Shown: positions 25,906 to 39,314, numbered from the stretch's first letter. The stretch: 64,000 nt of DNA from Mobula hypostoma (GCF_963921235.1 NC_086108.1:103666001-103730000); one strand, 5' to 3'. Notes: generated by a model not told the origin, from the sequence alone. Numbers and translations: made by a program.

Positions 25906-26389
25906 AATATATTACATATATTGTAATTTAAAGTAACTTCTTAAATATTGTGTTGTACTCCTGCCAAACAAAAAATCTTCATGACATACATCAGTTATAG
26001 CACACCTGATTTTGATCTGTCCTTAAAATGATGCTGAAGATTAGTCACAATATTCTATTAATGGCTGAAATTATTATATGTTTAAGTCTCATATCATCTC
26101 TTTGCTTTCATTTGATGGGTATAGATAGAGTAAATGCAAACAGGCTTTTTCTACTGAGGTTGGGTGAATCTAGAACTAGAGATCATGGGTTAAGGGTGAA
26201 AGGTGAAATGTTTAAGGGAAACTTGAGGGGGAACTTCTTCACTCAGAGGATGGCAAGAATGGGGAAAGAGCTGCCAGCACAATTGGTAGGAGTGGGTTTG
26301 ATTTCAACATTTCACAGAAATTTGTTTTAAGTACAGGGATCACTGACATCACTGAGTCACAGCTGAAAGAAGGCCATAGTTGGGAACTT

Positions 26390-28469
26390 TCGAGGTGAAA
26401 TTTTGAGGGTACAGGATCTTTATGTTCCTGTTAGGTTGAAAGGAAAGGTTAAAAGTTTGAGAGAGCCATGGTTTTCAAGGGATATTGGAAACTTGGTTCG
26501 GAAAAAGAGAGAGATCTACAATAAATATAGGCAGCTTGAAGTAAATGAGGTGCTCGAGGAATATAAAGAATGTAAAAAGAATCTTAAGAAAGAAATTAGA
26601 AAAGCTAAAAGAAGATATGAGGTTGCTTTGGCAAGTAAGGTGAAAATAAATCCAAAGGGTTTCGACAGTTATATTAATAGCAAAAGGATAGTGAGGGATA
26701 AAATTGGTCCCTTAGAGAATCAGAGTGGACAACTATGTGCGGAGCCAAAAGAGATGGGGGAGATTTTGAACAATTTCTTTTCTTCGGTATTCACTAAGGA
26801 GAAGGATATTGAATTGTGTAAGGTAAGAGAAACAAGAAAGGTAGTTATGGAAAGTATGATGATTACAGAAGAGGAAGTACTGGCACTTTTAAGGAATATA
26901 GAAGTGGATAAGTCTCCGGATTCTGACAGGATATTCCCTAGGACCTTGAGGGAAGTTAGTATGGAAATAGCAGGGGCTCTTGCCGAAATATTTCAAATGT
27001 CATTAGAAATATGGATGGTGCCGGAGAATTGGCGTATTGCTCATGTTGTTCCATTGTTTAAAAAGGGTTCTAAGAGTAAACCTAGCAACTATCGGCCTGT
27101 GAGTTTGACGTCAGTGGTGGGTAAATTGATGGAAAGTATTCTTAGAGATGTTATATATAATTATCTGGACAGACAGGGTCTGATTAGGAACAGTCAACGT
27201 GGATTTGTACGTGGAAGGTCATGTTTGAATTATTGAATTTTTTGAAGAGGTTACTAGGAAAGTTGACGAGGGTAAAGTGGTGGATGTTGTCTATATGGAC
27301 TTTAGTAAGGCCTTTGACAAGGTTCCACACAGGAGGTTAGTTAGGAAGGTTCAATCATTAGGTACTAATATTGAAGTAGTAAAATGGATTCAGCAGAGGC
27401 TGGATGGGAGACGCCAGAGAGTAGTGGCGGATAACTGTTTGTCAAACTGGAAGCCGGTGTCCAGTGGTGTGTCTCAGGGATCAGTACTGGGTCCAATGTT
27501 GTTTGTCATATATATTAATGATCTGGATGATGGGGTGGTAAATTGGATTGGTAAGTATGCAGATGATACTAAGATAGGTGGTGTTGTGGATAATGAAGTA
27601 AGTTTTCAAAGCTTGCAGAGATTTAGGCCAGTTAGAAGAGTGGGCTGAAAGATGGCAGATGGAGTTTAATGCTGAAAAATGTGAGGCGTTACATTTTGGT
27701 AAGACTAATCAAAATAGGACATACATGGTAAATGGTAGGGCATTGAGGAATGCAGTAGAACAGAGGGATCTAGGAATAATGGTGCATAGTTCCCTGAAGG
27801 TGGAATCTCATGTGGATAGGGTGGTGAAGAGAGCTTTTGGTATGCTGGCCTTTATAAATCAGAGCATTGAGTTTAGGAGCTGGGATGTAATGTTGAAATT
27901 GTACAAGGCATTGGTAAGGCCAAATTTGGAGTATTGTGTACAGTTCTGGTCACCGAATTATTGGAAGGGTGTCAACAAAATAGAGAGAGTACAGAGGAGA
28001 TTTACTAGAATGTTGCCTGGGTTTCATCTCCTAAGTTACAGAGAAAGGTTGAACAAGTTGGGTTTTTATCCTTTGGAGCAGAGAAGGTTGAGGGGGGACT
28101 TGATAGAGATATTTAAAATTATGAGGGGGATAGATAGAGTTGACGTGGATAGGGTTTTTCCATTGAGAGTGGGGGAGATTCAAACAAGAGGACATGAGCT
28201 GAGAGTTAAAGGGCAAAAGATTAGGGGTAACATGAGGGGTAACTTCTTTACTCAGAGAGTCGTAGCTGTGTGGAACGAGCTTCCAGCAGAAGTGGTTGAG
28301 GCAGGTTCAATGTTGTCATTTAAAGTTAAATTGGACAGCTATATGGACAGGAAAGGAATGGAGGGTTATGGGCTGAGTGCAGGTCAGTGGGACTAGGTGA
28401 GAGTAAGAGTTCGGCACGGACAAGAAGGGCCGAGATGGCCTGTTTCTGTGCTGTAATTGTTATATGGTT
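26390..28469 (+). mobile_element. 5'-truncated CR1 LINE (~2.1 kb) inserted in another CR1
   Basis: Three long RT ORF pieces (PLFKKG..NYRPVSLTS, YMDFSKAFDKV, KYADDTK). Host reading ..GHSWEL|NIKGY.. resumes at 28470. Confidence 0.95.
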
Positions 28470-31400
28470 AACATCAAAGGATATATTTTGTATCAAAAGG
28501 ACAGGCAGGAAGGCATAGACGGTGCTATGGCTCTGTTGGTAAGAGATGGAATCACATCTTCAGAAAGAGGTGACATTGGGTCAGAGAATGTTGAGTTTTT
28601 GTGGCTGGGGTTAAGAAATTGTAAGGGTAAAAAAAAATTATGGGAATCATATATAGGCCTCCAAATAGTAGCTTAGATGTGGGGTTAAGATTGCAAAGGG
28701 AGCTGGAAAAGGCATGTAATGAGTAATGACACAATTGTAATGGGGGACTTCAATATGCAAGAGGATTGGGAATACTGTATCAGATTGGTGTTTTTTTTTA
28801 ATTTCAAAATATACTTTATTCAAAAATAAATATATACAATAAACCATTCAATAACTTTTCATCCTTTACATACGTTTGCATTATACACAGTACATATCCG
28901 TATTTATAGCCACCCACGTGGCACTCCAGTAGTTCAGCTTCCCATATCATTTCATTGTTGAGGGGTATACTCCCCGCCCTCCGACCCCTCCCACTCCCAC
29001 GGGTGGAGAAACCTATACTGTGGTCCTTCCCCACCGGGCCCTTGTGGTGGCTGCATCAAGTTTCAGTGCGTCCCTCAGCACGTACTCCTGCAGCCGAGAA
29101 TGTGCCAGTCGGCAGCATTCTCCCACGGACATCTCCATGTGCTGGTAGATCATCAAGTTTCGGGCTGACCAAAGAGCATCTTTCACCGAGTTGATGATCT
29201 GCCAGCAGCACCGGACGTTGGTGTTCGATCGCAAGAGAGGAAATTTGTTGAAAACCTATGAGATGGCTTTTTAGAGCAGCTTGTGCTTGAGCCTACTCAG
29301 GGAAAGCCTATCTTAGGTTGGGTGTTGTGTAGTAATCCAGACCTTATTAGGGAGCTTAATGTAAAGCAGCCCTTAGGAGACAGTGGTCATTATATGATTG
29401 AATGCATATTGCAGTTTGAGAGGGAGAAGCATAAGTCACATGTATCAGTATCACAATGGAATAAAGGGAATTACGGAGGCATGAGAGAGGAGCTTGCCCA
29501 GGTGGATTGGAGGAGGATACTGGCAGGGATGACAACAGAGGGGTAGAGGTGGCTGAAGTTTCTGGGAATAGTTCATAAGTTGAAGGATAGATATGTTCCA
29601 CAGAAGAAGTTGTTCTCAAGTGGCAATGGTAGGCAACCTTGGCTGACAAGTGAAGTTAAGAACTGTATAAAAGCCAAGGAAAGATCACATAATGTAGCAA
29701 AAGTGAGTGGGAAGTTGAATGATTGAGAAGCATTTAAAATCCAACAAAAGGCAACTAAAAATGATAAAATAGAAGGGCAAACTAGCCAATAAAATAAAGC
29801 ATTATACCAAAAGTTTTTTCAGATATATAAAGAGTAAAAGGGAGCTGAGAGTTGATATCAGGAAATGATGCTGGTGAGGTAGTAATGGGGGACAAAGAAA
29901 TGGCAGATGAACTTAATGGGTACTTTGCATCTGTCTTCACTGTGGAAGACATCAGCAGTGTGCCAGAGGTCCGTGAGTGTCAGAGAGCAGGAGTGAGTGG
30001 CATTACTATTGCAAAGGAAAAAGTGCAAGGCACTTAAGGTGGATAAGTTACCAGATGGACTACATCCCAGCATCCTGAGAGAGGTTGCTGAAGAGTTAAC
30101 AGATGCATTGGTCATGATCTTTAAAGAATCACTTGATTCTGGCATAGTCCTGGAAGACTGGAAGATTGAAAATGTCACTCCACTCTTTAAGAGGGAGGAA
30201 GACAAAAGAAAAGAAATTATAGGCCAGTTAGCCAAACCTCAGTGGTTGTGAAAGTTTTGGAGTCTATTATTAAGGATGAGGTTTTGGGGTACTTAGAGAC
30301 TAATTATAAAATAAGTCAAAGTCGGCATGGGGCATGGTTTCTATGAAGGGAAATGTTGCCTGGCAAATCTGTTAGAGTTCTTCGAGGAAATAACAAGCAG
30401 GGTGGACAATGGAGAGGCAGTGGATGTCACTTACTTGGATTTTCAGAAGGTGTTTGATAAGGTGCCACACATGAGGCTGCTTAACAAGATAAAATCCTTT
30501 GGTGTTAAGGAAAGATACTACTGGCATGAATAGAGGAATAGCTGAGAGGCAGGAGGCAGTGAGAGGGAATAAAAGAGGTCTTTTCTGGTTGGCTGCCAGT
30601 GACTAGTGGTGTTCCTCAGGGGACAGTATTGGGACCACTACTTTTTTACCTTGTTATCAGTGATTTGGATAACGGAATTGACGGCTTGGTGGAAAAGTTT
30701 GCGGATGATGCAAAGATAGGTGGAGGGGTAGGTCGTTCTGAGGAAGCAATGCAATTACAGTAGGACTTAGACTAATTAGAAGAATGGGCAAAAAATTGGC
30801 AGATGGAATACAGTGTTGAGAAATGTATGATAATGCATTTTAGTAAAAGAAACAATGATGCGAACTATTATCTAAATGGGGAGAAGGTTTAAATATCAGA
30901 GGTGCAGAGGGACTTAAGAGTCCTCACGCAAGACTCTCAGAAGGTTAATTTTCAGGTTGAGTCTGTGGTAAAGAAGGCAAATGCAATATTGGCATTTATT
31001 TCAAGGGGAATAGAATATAAAAGTAAAGAGATAATGTTGAGGCTTTATAAGAGACTAGTCAGGCTGCACTTGGAGTATTGTCAACAGTTTAGGGCCCCAT
31101 ATCTTGGAAAGTATGTGTTGTGATTGGAGAGAGTCCAGAGGAGGTTCACGAGGATGAGTCCGGGAATGAAGGGGATAACATATGAGTAGCGTTTGGCAGC
31201 TTTGCAGCCTGTACTCACTCAAATTCAGAAAAATACAGGGTACCTCATTGAAACCTATTGAATGTAGAAAAGACTAGATAAGGTGGATGTGGAGAAGATG
31301 TTTCCTATGGTGGGGGTGTCCAGAACTAGAGGGCACATCCTCAAAATTGGGGAGCGACCTTTTAGAACAGAGGCAAGGAGGAATTTTTTTAGCCAGAGAG

Positions 31401-31630
31401 TAGTGAATCTGTGGAATGCTCTGCTACAGACTGTGGTGGAGGCCAAATCTGTGGGTGGGTATACTTAAGGCGGAAGTTGATTGTTTCCTGATCAGCCAGG
31501 GCATGAAAGGGTATGGTGAGAAGGCAAGTTTATGGGGTTGAGTAGGATCCGGTATCAGACATGGTGAAATGACAGAGAAGGCTCAATGGGTTGAATGGCC
31601 TAATTTTGCTCCTATATCTTATGGTCTTAT
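28470..31630 (+). mobile_element. Decayed CR1 ORF2 (APE + RT); host of two insertions, with its 5' piece at 26341-26389
   Basis: Endonuclease motifs (YRPP, MGDFN, LGDSGH), RT motifs (YLDFQKVFDKV, FADD) and CR1 3' tail, with many stops. Confidence 0.92.
28793..29217 (-). mobile_element. Tx1-clade LINE 3' fragment
   Basis: CWQIINSVKDALWSARN..ARWGRTTV, polyA tail and 8-bp TSD TTGGTGTT (28785-92, 29218-25). Confidence 0.85.
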
Positions 31631-31834
31631 GGATGAGAAGGATATGGAGGGTTATGGTCCGGGTGCACTTTGATAGAACAAGGCAGGTTAAAATTTTGGC
31701 TAGGAATAGATGGGCTGAAGGGCCTGTTTCTGTGCTGTAGTGCTCTATGACTCCATATTTTCTGTGTACTAAATGTCCGATTAATTCATATTTAGTTGTG
31801 TTTTTGCATTTTGACAAGTCACACACCCTTCAAA

Positions 31835-33045
31835 ATAATGCATTTGGAGCCTTTTGAATTCACCTGGGTTGGCAGTTAGAGCTTTGGCTGAACAACTCAT
31901 CCTGACGTTGCAGCATTTCCCCAGCATTCCAGCAGAGCATCGTTCACCCTTGATTTTGGAGATATAGGAGACTGCAGATGCTAGAGTCCGGTCCGGCAGC
32001 AAACACGTATCCGATGTTGACCTCACCCCGATGACCACCTTCAGGCTGTGCGTGGAATCCAAGTGCATTGGCACCAGGTACCGCTACGTGCTGAGTTTCT
32101 ATCCGTCCTGGGTGTTGCAAGGATGCCAATCCAGACCTGTGCAGTGCGCTTAGTCAGCTGGATGGTGTGGGATGATGACCTGCCCTTTGTGGAAAAGTTC
32201 TTCCACCTTTGACCACAAGTTCATCAGGAAGTCGTCAGCACAGAACATCCTGCGGACACTGCAGGGGAAGGACTCAATGGCACGGCGGGGTGGTCCCTGA
32301 GCTGACTGTTCAGACCATCTGGCAGGACGCCCCATCACCAGACCTCACCTACAGGCGCCAAGACCTTGCCTGGCTGGCGGTGAGAAGGACACTCCCTGTC
32401 ATATCGTCCCTACATGACCAGTGCATCACTCCCAGCATGGAATGCCCGTGGGATGACAGCGGTGGGGAGGGGACGGTAGCTCACACCTTTGTGGACCGTG
32501 GGTTTGCGAAGAGGGTGTGCAGAAAGATACGTGACCCTGTATCGCAGGTTTATCCCGATCAGCTGCGTGGCCCACAGGCTGTTCCCAGGGGCACACATCA
32601 AGCGCTGCTGGCAGATCAGCAACTCAGTGAAAGATGCCCTTTGGTCCAACCAAAACATGGTGGTCTGCCAGCACATCGGGATGTCCTTGGAGGAATCCTG
32701 CCGACTGGCACTGGCACGTTGCAGGCTACTGAAGTACATGCTGTGGGACAGACTAAAGATTGGTGCAGCCAATGCAAGTGCTCGGTGGGGAAGGACCAGA
32801 GTGTAGGGTTCTTCTTCTTTTGGAGATGTAGGGGCCAGGGTGGGGGGAGGAAACCTCTCAATTATTATTGTGGTAGTGTACTACCCCGGAGTACCACGTA
32901 AGTGACAGCAGTGCTATAGATGTGAATGAATGTAATCAAACTTTACGGAAAGCATTGACGAAGAATATAAAGAATGAAAGGGCATTGAGCGGTTTATTCT
33001 CATAAGTATTTTTATCATGAATAAATTTTATTTTGCTAAATAAAC
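31835..33045 (+). mobile_element. Older Tx1-clade LINE 3' fragment
   Basis: RCWQISNSVKDALWSNQN..ARWGRTRV, homologous to 28793-29217; DLAWLAVRRTLPV; AATAAA tail. Confidence 0.8.
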
Positions 33046-35827
33046 ACACAATCTGCTGAAGGGCTTGGTGAGGGGAGGGGTGACCCACAGTATAGGGTTC
33101 CTCTGCTACTGGAGAGGGAGGGGCCAGTTTGGTTGAGGAAGACCCTTAGTTCTTGTAGTGGGGGGGGCACATGAGTGGCAGCAGTCCTATTGGTTTTAAG
33201 GAGTGCAAGAAAACACTACTTAAATAAAAAACTATGCATGTAACTAATTTGCTGGAGGAGCTCATTGGGTTGAGCAGCATCTGTTGGGGGGGGGAATTGT
33301 TGATAATTCGGGTCAAAATCCTGTATCCATTCCGATGCAGGGTTTTGGCCCAAATCATTAACAATTCCTTCCTTCCCATCCTCACATGCGGCTCGATTGG
33401 CTGAGTTCCTCTAACAGACTGTGTGTTAGCCTAGATTTTGTGCTTGAGTTCTGGCCCGCATTTTTTCTCATTAATGGGGATCAAGAATTAGAATCTCATC
33501 TAGAACCAGCCAGGTAAAGGTGAGAGTTTCCCATCCCCAGCCAGCTTTGCCCTATCATCTGCCCATCCTCCTTCAGAAACACCCCACAAGCTCTCCCTAC
33601 TTGTGTGCCGACTGCCCCATCCTCTGTCTCCACACTTCAGTTCCACCCTCCTGCAAATATTGTTTAAATCCTCCCCAATATCATTAACAAGCCTCCCCCC
33701 AAGGACATCGGTTCCCCTCCAATTCTGCTCCTATGTCTTATAGTAGAGGTAATGTAAATGCAAGCAGTCTTTTTCCTTTATGGTTGGGTGGGACTACAAC
33801 CAAAGATTATGGCTTAGGGGTGCAAGGTGAGAAGTTTAAGGGGAACACGATGGGAAATTTCTTCACTCAGAGTGTTGCGTGAGTGTGAAATGAGCTGCCA
33901 GCACAAGTGGTCCATATGAGCTCAATTTCAACTTTCAAGTGAAGTTTGGATAGGTACATGGATAGTAGGTATAGGGAAGGCTATGGTCCCGGTCTAGGTT
34001 GTTGGGAGTAAGCAGTTGAAATGGTTTTTGGTATGGACTAGATGGGCCGAAGGGCCTGTTTCTGTGCCATGATGCAATGACACCACCTGACATTGGTCTG
34101 TTGTCCAAAATGTCAAAGTCTGAGATATTATTGTGCAAATGCATTTTGACCAGAGCCAAAAAATAAATCACAAAAAAAAACACAGGCTGCTTGTTTTTGT
34201 CCAAATGTCTATAATGGCTGGGGTGGCACGGTTGAGTACTGATAATGTTTTACAGCGCTAGCTTGTAAGATTAGGGTTCACTCCCCACCACGGTTTGTAC
34301 GTTCTCCCCATGAACACAAGGTTTCCTACCACATTACAAAGACAGGTACCGTTAGGTTTAAGGTTGGCACCAGAAGCATGGCGACACTAGCGGGCACATT
34401 CTCAGACTGTGCGGTCATTGACACATTTTACTGTAGGATTCAATGTACATGTGACGAACAAAGCTAATAAACCCTTGGAATTTATTCCAATAAGTTACTC
34501 TCCACTGAATTTAAACCCACCGACCTGTAATTGCCTGGTTCATCCCTGCTGCCCCACTTATTCATGGGCAAAGCCCTCCCAACCACTGAACACATCTAAA
34601 TGAAACGCTGTTGTAGGAAAACAGCATCCATCACCAGAGATCACCACCACCCAGCTCATGCTCTTTTCTCACTGCTGCCATCAGGCAGAAGCACAAGAGA
34701 CGCAGGACTCACGCCACCAGGTTCAGGAACAGCGACTACCCCTCAACCATCAGGCTCTTGAGCAAAAGACAATAACTACACTCAGTTGCCCTTCCATTGA
34801 GATGTTCTCACAACCAATGATCTCAATTTAAGTACATTTTATCTCATTATCTCATGTTCTCATTATTTATTGCTATTTATTTATACTTGCATTTGCACAG
34901 TTTGTTGTCTTCTGCACTCTGGTTGATCTTTCATTGATCCTGTTAGAGTTACTATTCCATAGATTTGCTGAATATGCCCGCAGGAAAATGAACGTCAGGG
35001 TTGTATATGGTGACATATATGCACTTTGATAATAAAATTTACTTTGAATTTTAAATTAAAGGTACTACACTCAGTGAAATCAATAAAACATAAAAAGACA
35101 CCATTTTGGTATTCAATTGCCCTTTTTGAAAGCATTTGTAGTATAAAAATTGCATTCCTAGTTCCTCTATCCTCAATAAACCCATATTGCAGTTTAGAAG
35201 TTTCAGGCCTTAACTTGTTTTTTAATTCGACTCACAACAATTCTCAACAAAATCTTTATTATGTGACTCAGACTGATTGTTCTATAATTTTCGCAGTCAA
35301 TAATTCTAGGAATTTTTGGCAGAGATATAAATACTGATTTCAAGAGATCGTAAGGCAATACACCAGACTCGTATATGCCATTAAACAGTTCAAAAAGAAT
35401 ATCTATGCCCAGATCTTCTAGGGCTTGTATCATTTTCACTGAAATTTCATCAGGTCCAGTGGCTTTACCATGTTTCATGCTATTCATTGCTTTAGTTATT
35501 TCTTCTTTGGTAATAGGTGGTCCAGAATTAGGATATTGAATATCTGGGGGTTCCCCTCTATTATCTTCAAAAAGCTGCTTTATATACTGAATCCACCTCT
35601 CTCATACTTTATCTGGATTTGTTAGTATGGATCCATCTGCTGACCTTATGCAACCTGTAGAGGAGGTTTTCTTAATTCCAGTAATTTCCTTAATTTTCTT
35701 GTGTATTTCTTTGCTGTTGTTAATATGGCCTTCTACTTCATTGCATTTTTGATTCAGCCATTCTTCCTTTGCAATATTGCACAATTGTCTGGTCTGTCTG
35801 TCTAGCTCTCCGTATTGCACTTCAATA

Positions 35828-36139
35828 AGAGGAATAGATAGAGTCAGCGCCTCTTCCCCAGGGCACCACTGCTCAATACAAGAGGACATGGCTTTAAGGT
35901 AAGGGGTGGGAAGTTCAAGGGGGATATTAGAGGAAGGTTTTTTACTCAGAGAGTGGTTGGTGTGTGGAATGCACTGCCTGAGTCAGTGGTGGAGGCAGAT
36001 ACACTAGTGAAGTTTAAGAGACTACTAGACAGGTATATGGAGGAATCTAAGGTGGGGGCTTATATGGGAGGCAGGGTTTGAGGGTCGGCACAACATTGTG
36101 GGCCGAAGGGCCTGTACTGTGCTGTACTATTCTATGTTC
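35828..36139 (+). mobile_element. CR1 3' fragment inserted in the RTE inverted arm
   Basis: CR1 3' end with (TTCTAT)n-like tail. RTE reading RLVKNN|IEVQY is interrupted. Confidence 0.85.
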
Positions 36140-36587
36140 TATTATTCTTCACTAACCTTCTTTGTTCCAGCAGATCGAATATTTCTTGGGTTATCCAGCT
36201 CTTGTTGGTGTGTTGGATTTCTTGTACTGGGATCATCTCCTCTGCTGATTGCTGTATAGCATATTTAAATCTGTCCCAAATAGGTGTTGTTTTGTTTTTG
36301 TTTTGTGTTTTAATGATTTCACTAAAGCATTCGACAAAGTGCAACATGAAAAATTATTTCAAATTCTCGCTAAACTAAACATAGATGTAAGGGACCAACA
36401 ACTGCTTCAAAATTTATATTGGAATCAAACGGTGGTGGTAAAAATTGATGATAATATAAGCAGTTGGACTAAAATTCAAAGAGGAGTTAGACAGGGATGC
36501 CTTGCCTCACCGGAATTATTTAATATCTATAGTGAAATGATTCTCAGAGAAATAGAAGACCTAGATGGGATAAAAATTGGAGGTGTT

Positions 36588-37660
36588 TTCAAATGTTTTT
36601 ATCATGAAGCAACATCAGCTCAACCACAACCGACAATGTCCTAAAGTACAATGCTTCTTTTTCCTTTTCTTTCTTATAACAACATAATGAAAGTCAAATG
36701 AATGTATGTATAGTAAACAAGCAAAGAGCAAAGGAAACCCTACCACTTTGTCTCCTTCCCCCTTCCCAGCCCTACCCTCCCCTCACCCCTCCCATATGTG
36801 CTGTTTAGGTCCTACTGCCCCCCCCCCCACACACTTAGTTCAGCTGTCGGTCTCTTCTAAATACAACAGTAATGGTTGCCGGATTTTTTCAAATTCCTTG
36901 AGTCTGTCGTTGTTAACGTATCTTATCCTCTCTAGATGCAGAGTATCCATTAATACAGCCAGCCATTGTCTGAGTGATGGAGTTTCCTCCTTTTTCCAGA
37001 ACATCAGTATGAGTTTCTTTCCATTAAGTATGCCATAAGTCAGGAGTTGTTGCTGGGTAGCCTGGAATTTATTTGACCTCACAGAAGTTCCAAAAATTAT
37101 TAAAGTGGGGTCTGGTATTATCTGAATCCTTAGTACCTTCGATAGGACCTCAAATATTTGCTTCCAGTATTCTCGTATCCTGGGACATAAAGGAAAACTA
37201 TGTAATAAATTTGCCTCCGAGGACTTGCATTTCTCATACATTGGGGACACCTCCGGGAACATTTTATGAATCCTTACTTTTGAGTAATGTAGTCTATGTA
37301 AGATTTTAAATTGTATTAAACAATGCCTGGCATTGATGGAACAGGAGTTAACATACTCCAAAGCCTCATTCCATAAAACCTCCTCTATCTCTGTACCCAA
37401 CTCCTTTTCCCACTCTTTTTTAATATTATCCATTGTTGTATGACACTTGTTTTGTATGGCATCATACAGATAGGCGATGATGTGTTCTATCCCTAAACAT
37501 GATCTTAATGATTATCTAATTTATCAGGTTCTGCTGTATCAAAACCAGAAAGACGTGATCTTATATAGTGTCTTAGCTGGAGATACCTGAAAAAAATTAC
37601 TCTTTTGCAATCTGAATTTGTCCTGGAGCTGCCAAAATGATGCAAAAATCCCTTGTATGT
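36588..37660 (-). mobile_element. L1 3' fragment inserted in the RTE
   Basis: QFKILHRLHYS..KC...LLHSFPLCP (L1 C-terminal zinc-binding region). 15-bp TSD AAAATTGGAGGTGTT at 36573-87 and 37661-75. Confidence 0.9.
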
Positions 37661-38599
37661 AAAATTGGAGGTGTTAACATCAACAATATAAGATATACAG
37701 ATGATACCACCCTAATAGCAAGTGCTGCAGAAGACCGACAAATCCTCCTAGACAAAGTAGTACAAACAAGTGCAGATTTTGGTCTAACCATCAACTGTAA
37801 AAAAAGCAAATGTATGGTAATATCAAAACAGCAGGATACTCCCAACTGCCAATTGTACATCAGTAACCAAGAGATTGAACAAAAGACCGGCTTTAATTAC
37901 CTTGGTAGCTTTATATCACAAGATGCTATAAGTAGAAATAAAAAGAAGAATTGCCATTGCCAAAACCAACTTCCAAAAAACGAAACCCATTTTCACCAAT
38001 AGCCACATTTCTATGACAACAAGGCTTAGGCTACTAAAACATTACATCTGGTCAATCTTCCTGTATGCTTCTGAAACATGGACTGTAACACCAGAACTCC
38101 AAAGAAACTTAGAAGCAACAGAAATGTGGTTTCTTAGAAGAAAGCTGAAAATACCATATAGAGATAGGCTAACTAATGAGATAGTACTCCAACGTGCCCG
38201 TAAAATCTTTAATGAGAACATTAATTAAGAGGAAACTTAAATTCCTGGGCCAATAGAATGCCTTACATTATAAGGCCGTATGCCTGGGAAACACGGTAGA
38301 GGAAGGCAAAGACATAGTCATAGTCATATGGACACTGTGAAAGAACTAACATATCTAAGTGTGCGAGATATCATTGACGCTGCGTGGGAGCGTTCGAAGT
38401 GGAAAGCCGTGATCGCCCAAGCGTGTAACGCGCAAGGCACACGAAGAAGAAGTCACTCGGTGACCACTTTATTAGATCCAGTTTGTTACCTGCATTCTGA
38501 CAGCTCAAATGATTGCCATTATTCCACAGAGGAACTTTGTTCCCTTTCCGCTTTATTTGCCAGTCATGCAACCCTCAATTCATAAGCTTTGCTCTGGGG

Positions 38600-38791
38600 T
38601 GGTTATTGAACCCGGAAGTTGTCAATCAGTGGGAAGGGCGGAGGCTCGACAAGGAATCCTCTCCCTGCGTACAGCCAACAACGCGCGGCGCACCCTCCCT
38701 CCCCACTTCGTTCTCACACGCAGTCACAAGGTAGGAGAACCAGGCTCCACCTCCTGTTTCTCTGATCGTTTCATGCATGCTGAAGGCATTG
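38600..38791 (+). promoter_or_regulatory. MIGA1: MIGA1 promoter and first exon
   Basis: ETS site CCGGAAGT (38612), GC box GGGCGG (38636), CpG-rich. Donors AAG|GTAGGA (38731) and TTG|GTAAGT (38792). ATG at 38777 (MLKAL) splices in frame to the 39151 exon. Confidence 0.65.
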
Positions 38792-39150
38792 GTAAGTGAT
38801 CCCGAGCCACGCTGGTGCATTAATGCGTCTGGGAGGGGAAAAAAACAGGTGACGATTGATATTTGCAAATCTTTTCGGCCAAAAACAAAATAATCTTCAC
38901 CGTTACGCTGTCGAATAAGTAGATTGCAGGGGAATACAGGACCAAGGTGCACAATCAAGGTAGGGTTGTGAACAGAGATGCATTAATAGTAGTTCCGGAT
39001 AGATCTGCTTGTTAATATCAGGGATTAGGTTCGATGTTGATATTTACAAATTTGAATGAGAACCGCGCAAAATCATCCGACCGATTAAACAAAAATGTCG
39101 CGGCATGACTAATGCTTGTGTTTTGGATTTGACTGATTGCAACTTAACAG

Positions 39151-39297
39151 ATCTGCTGGTTGACCGGAGGGGGATGGAAATTAGAAGATATGCAAGATCT
39201 ACCCAAGGAAACCATTAACGATGCAAAACATACTTTGAGGGATCTTGCGCTGCGTGCGGCTGATCTGCCCATATATTTGTACAACTCCCTGCCAGAG
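39151..39297 (+). CDS. MIGA1: Mitoguardin-1 exon 2 (start at 38777 or internal ATG 39190)
   Basis: AACAG|...GAG|GTAAGT exon: ICWLTGGGWKLEDMQDLPKETINDAKHTLRDLALRAADLPIYLYNSLPE. Aligns to recalled MIGA1 MSEETVSESQFSLKTAALRVFDLPLTWYYSLSQ. Confidence 0.88.
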
Positions 39298-39314
39298 GTA
39301 AGTTCACAGCTCCC

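Larger units (their letters stand above)
35077..38453 (+). mobile_element. RTE-clade LINE with 5' inversion, carrying CR1 and L1 insertions
   Basis: Minus arm: GKATGPDEI..CENYRTISL..CFIDFT. Plus arm: FTKAFDKV..GVRQGCLASP..NNIRYTDD..LYASETW..GRGRQR, then a (GAA)n tail. TSD CACTC(A/G)GTG. Confidence 0.9.

Noticed and set aside
26403..28396. Long ORFs as an active retroelement or host gene
   Set aside because: 5'-truncated CR1 with frameshifts between the three ORFs.
32209..32901. 230-aa ORF as a novel gene
   Set aside because: Frame-hopping remnant of a Tx1 ORF2 C-terminus.
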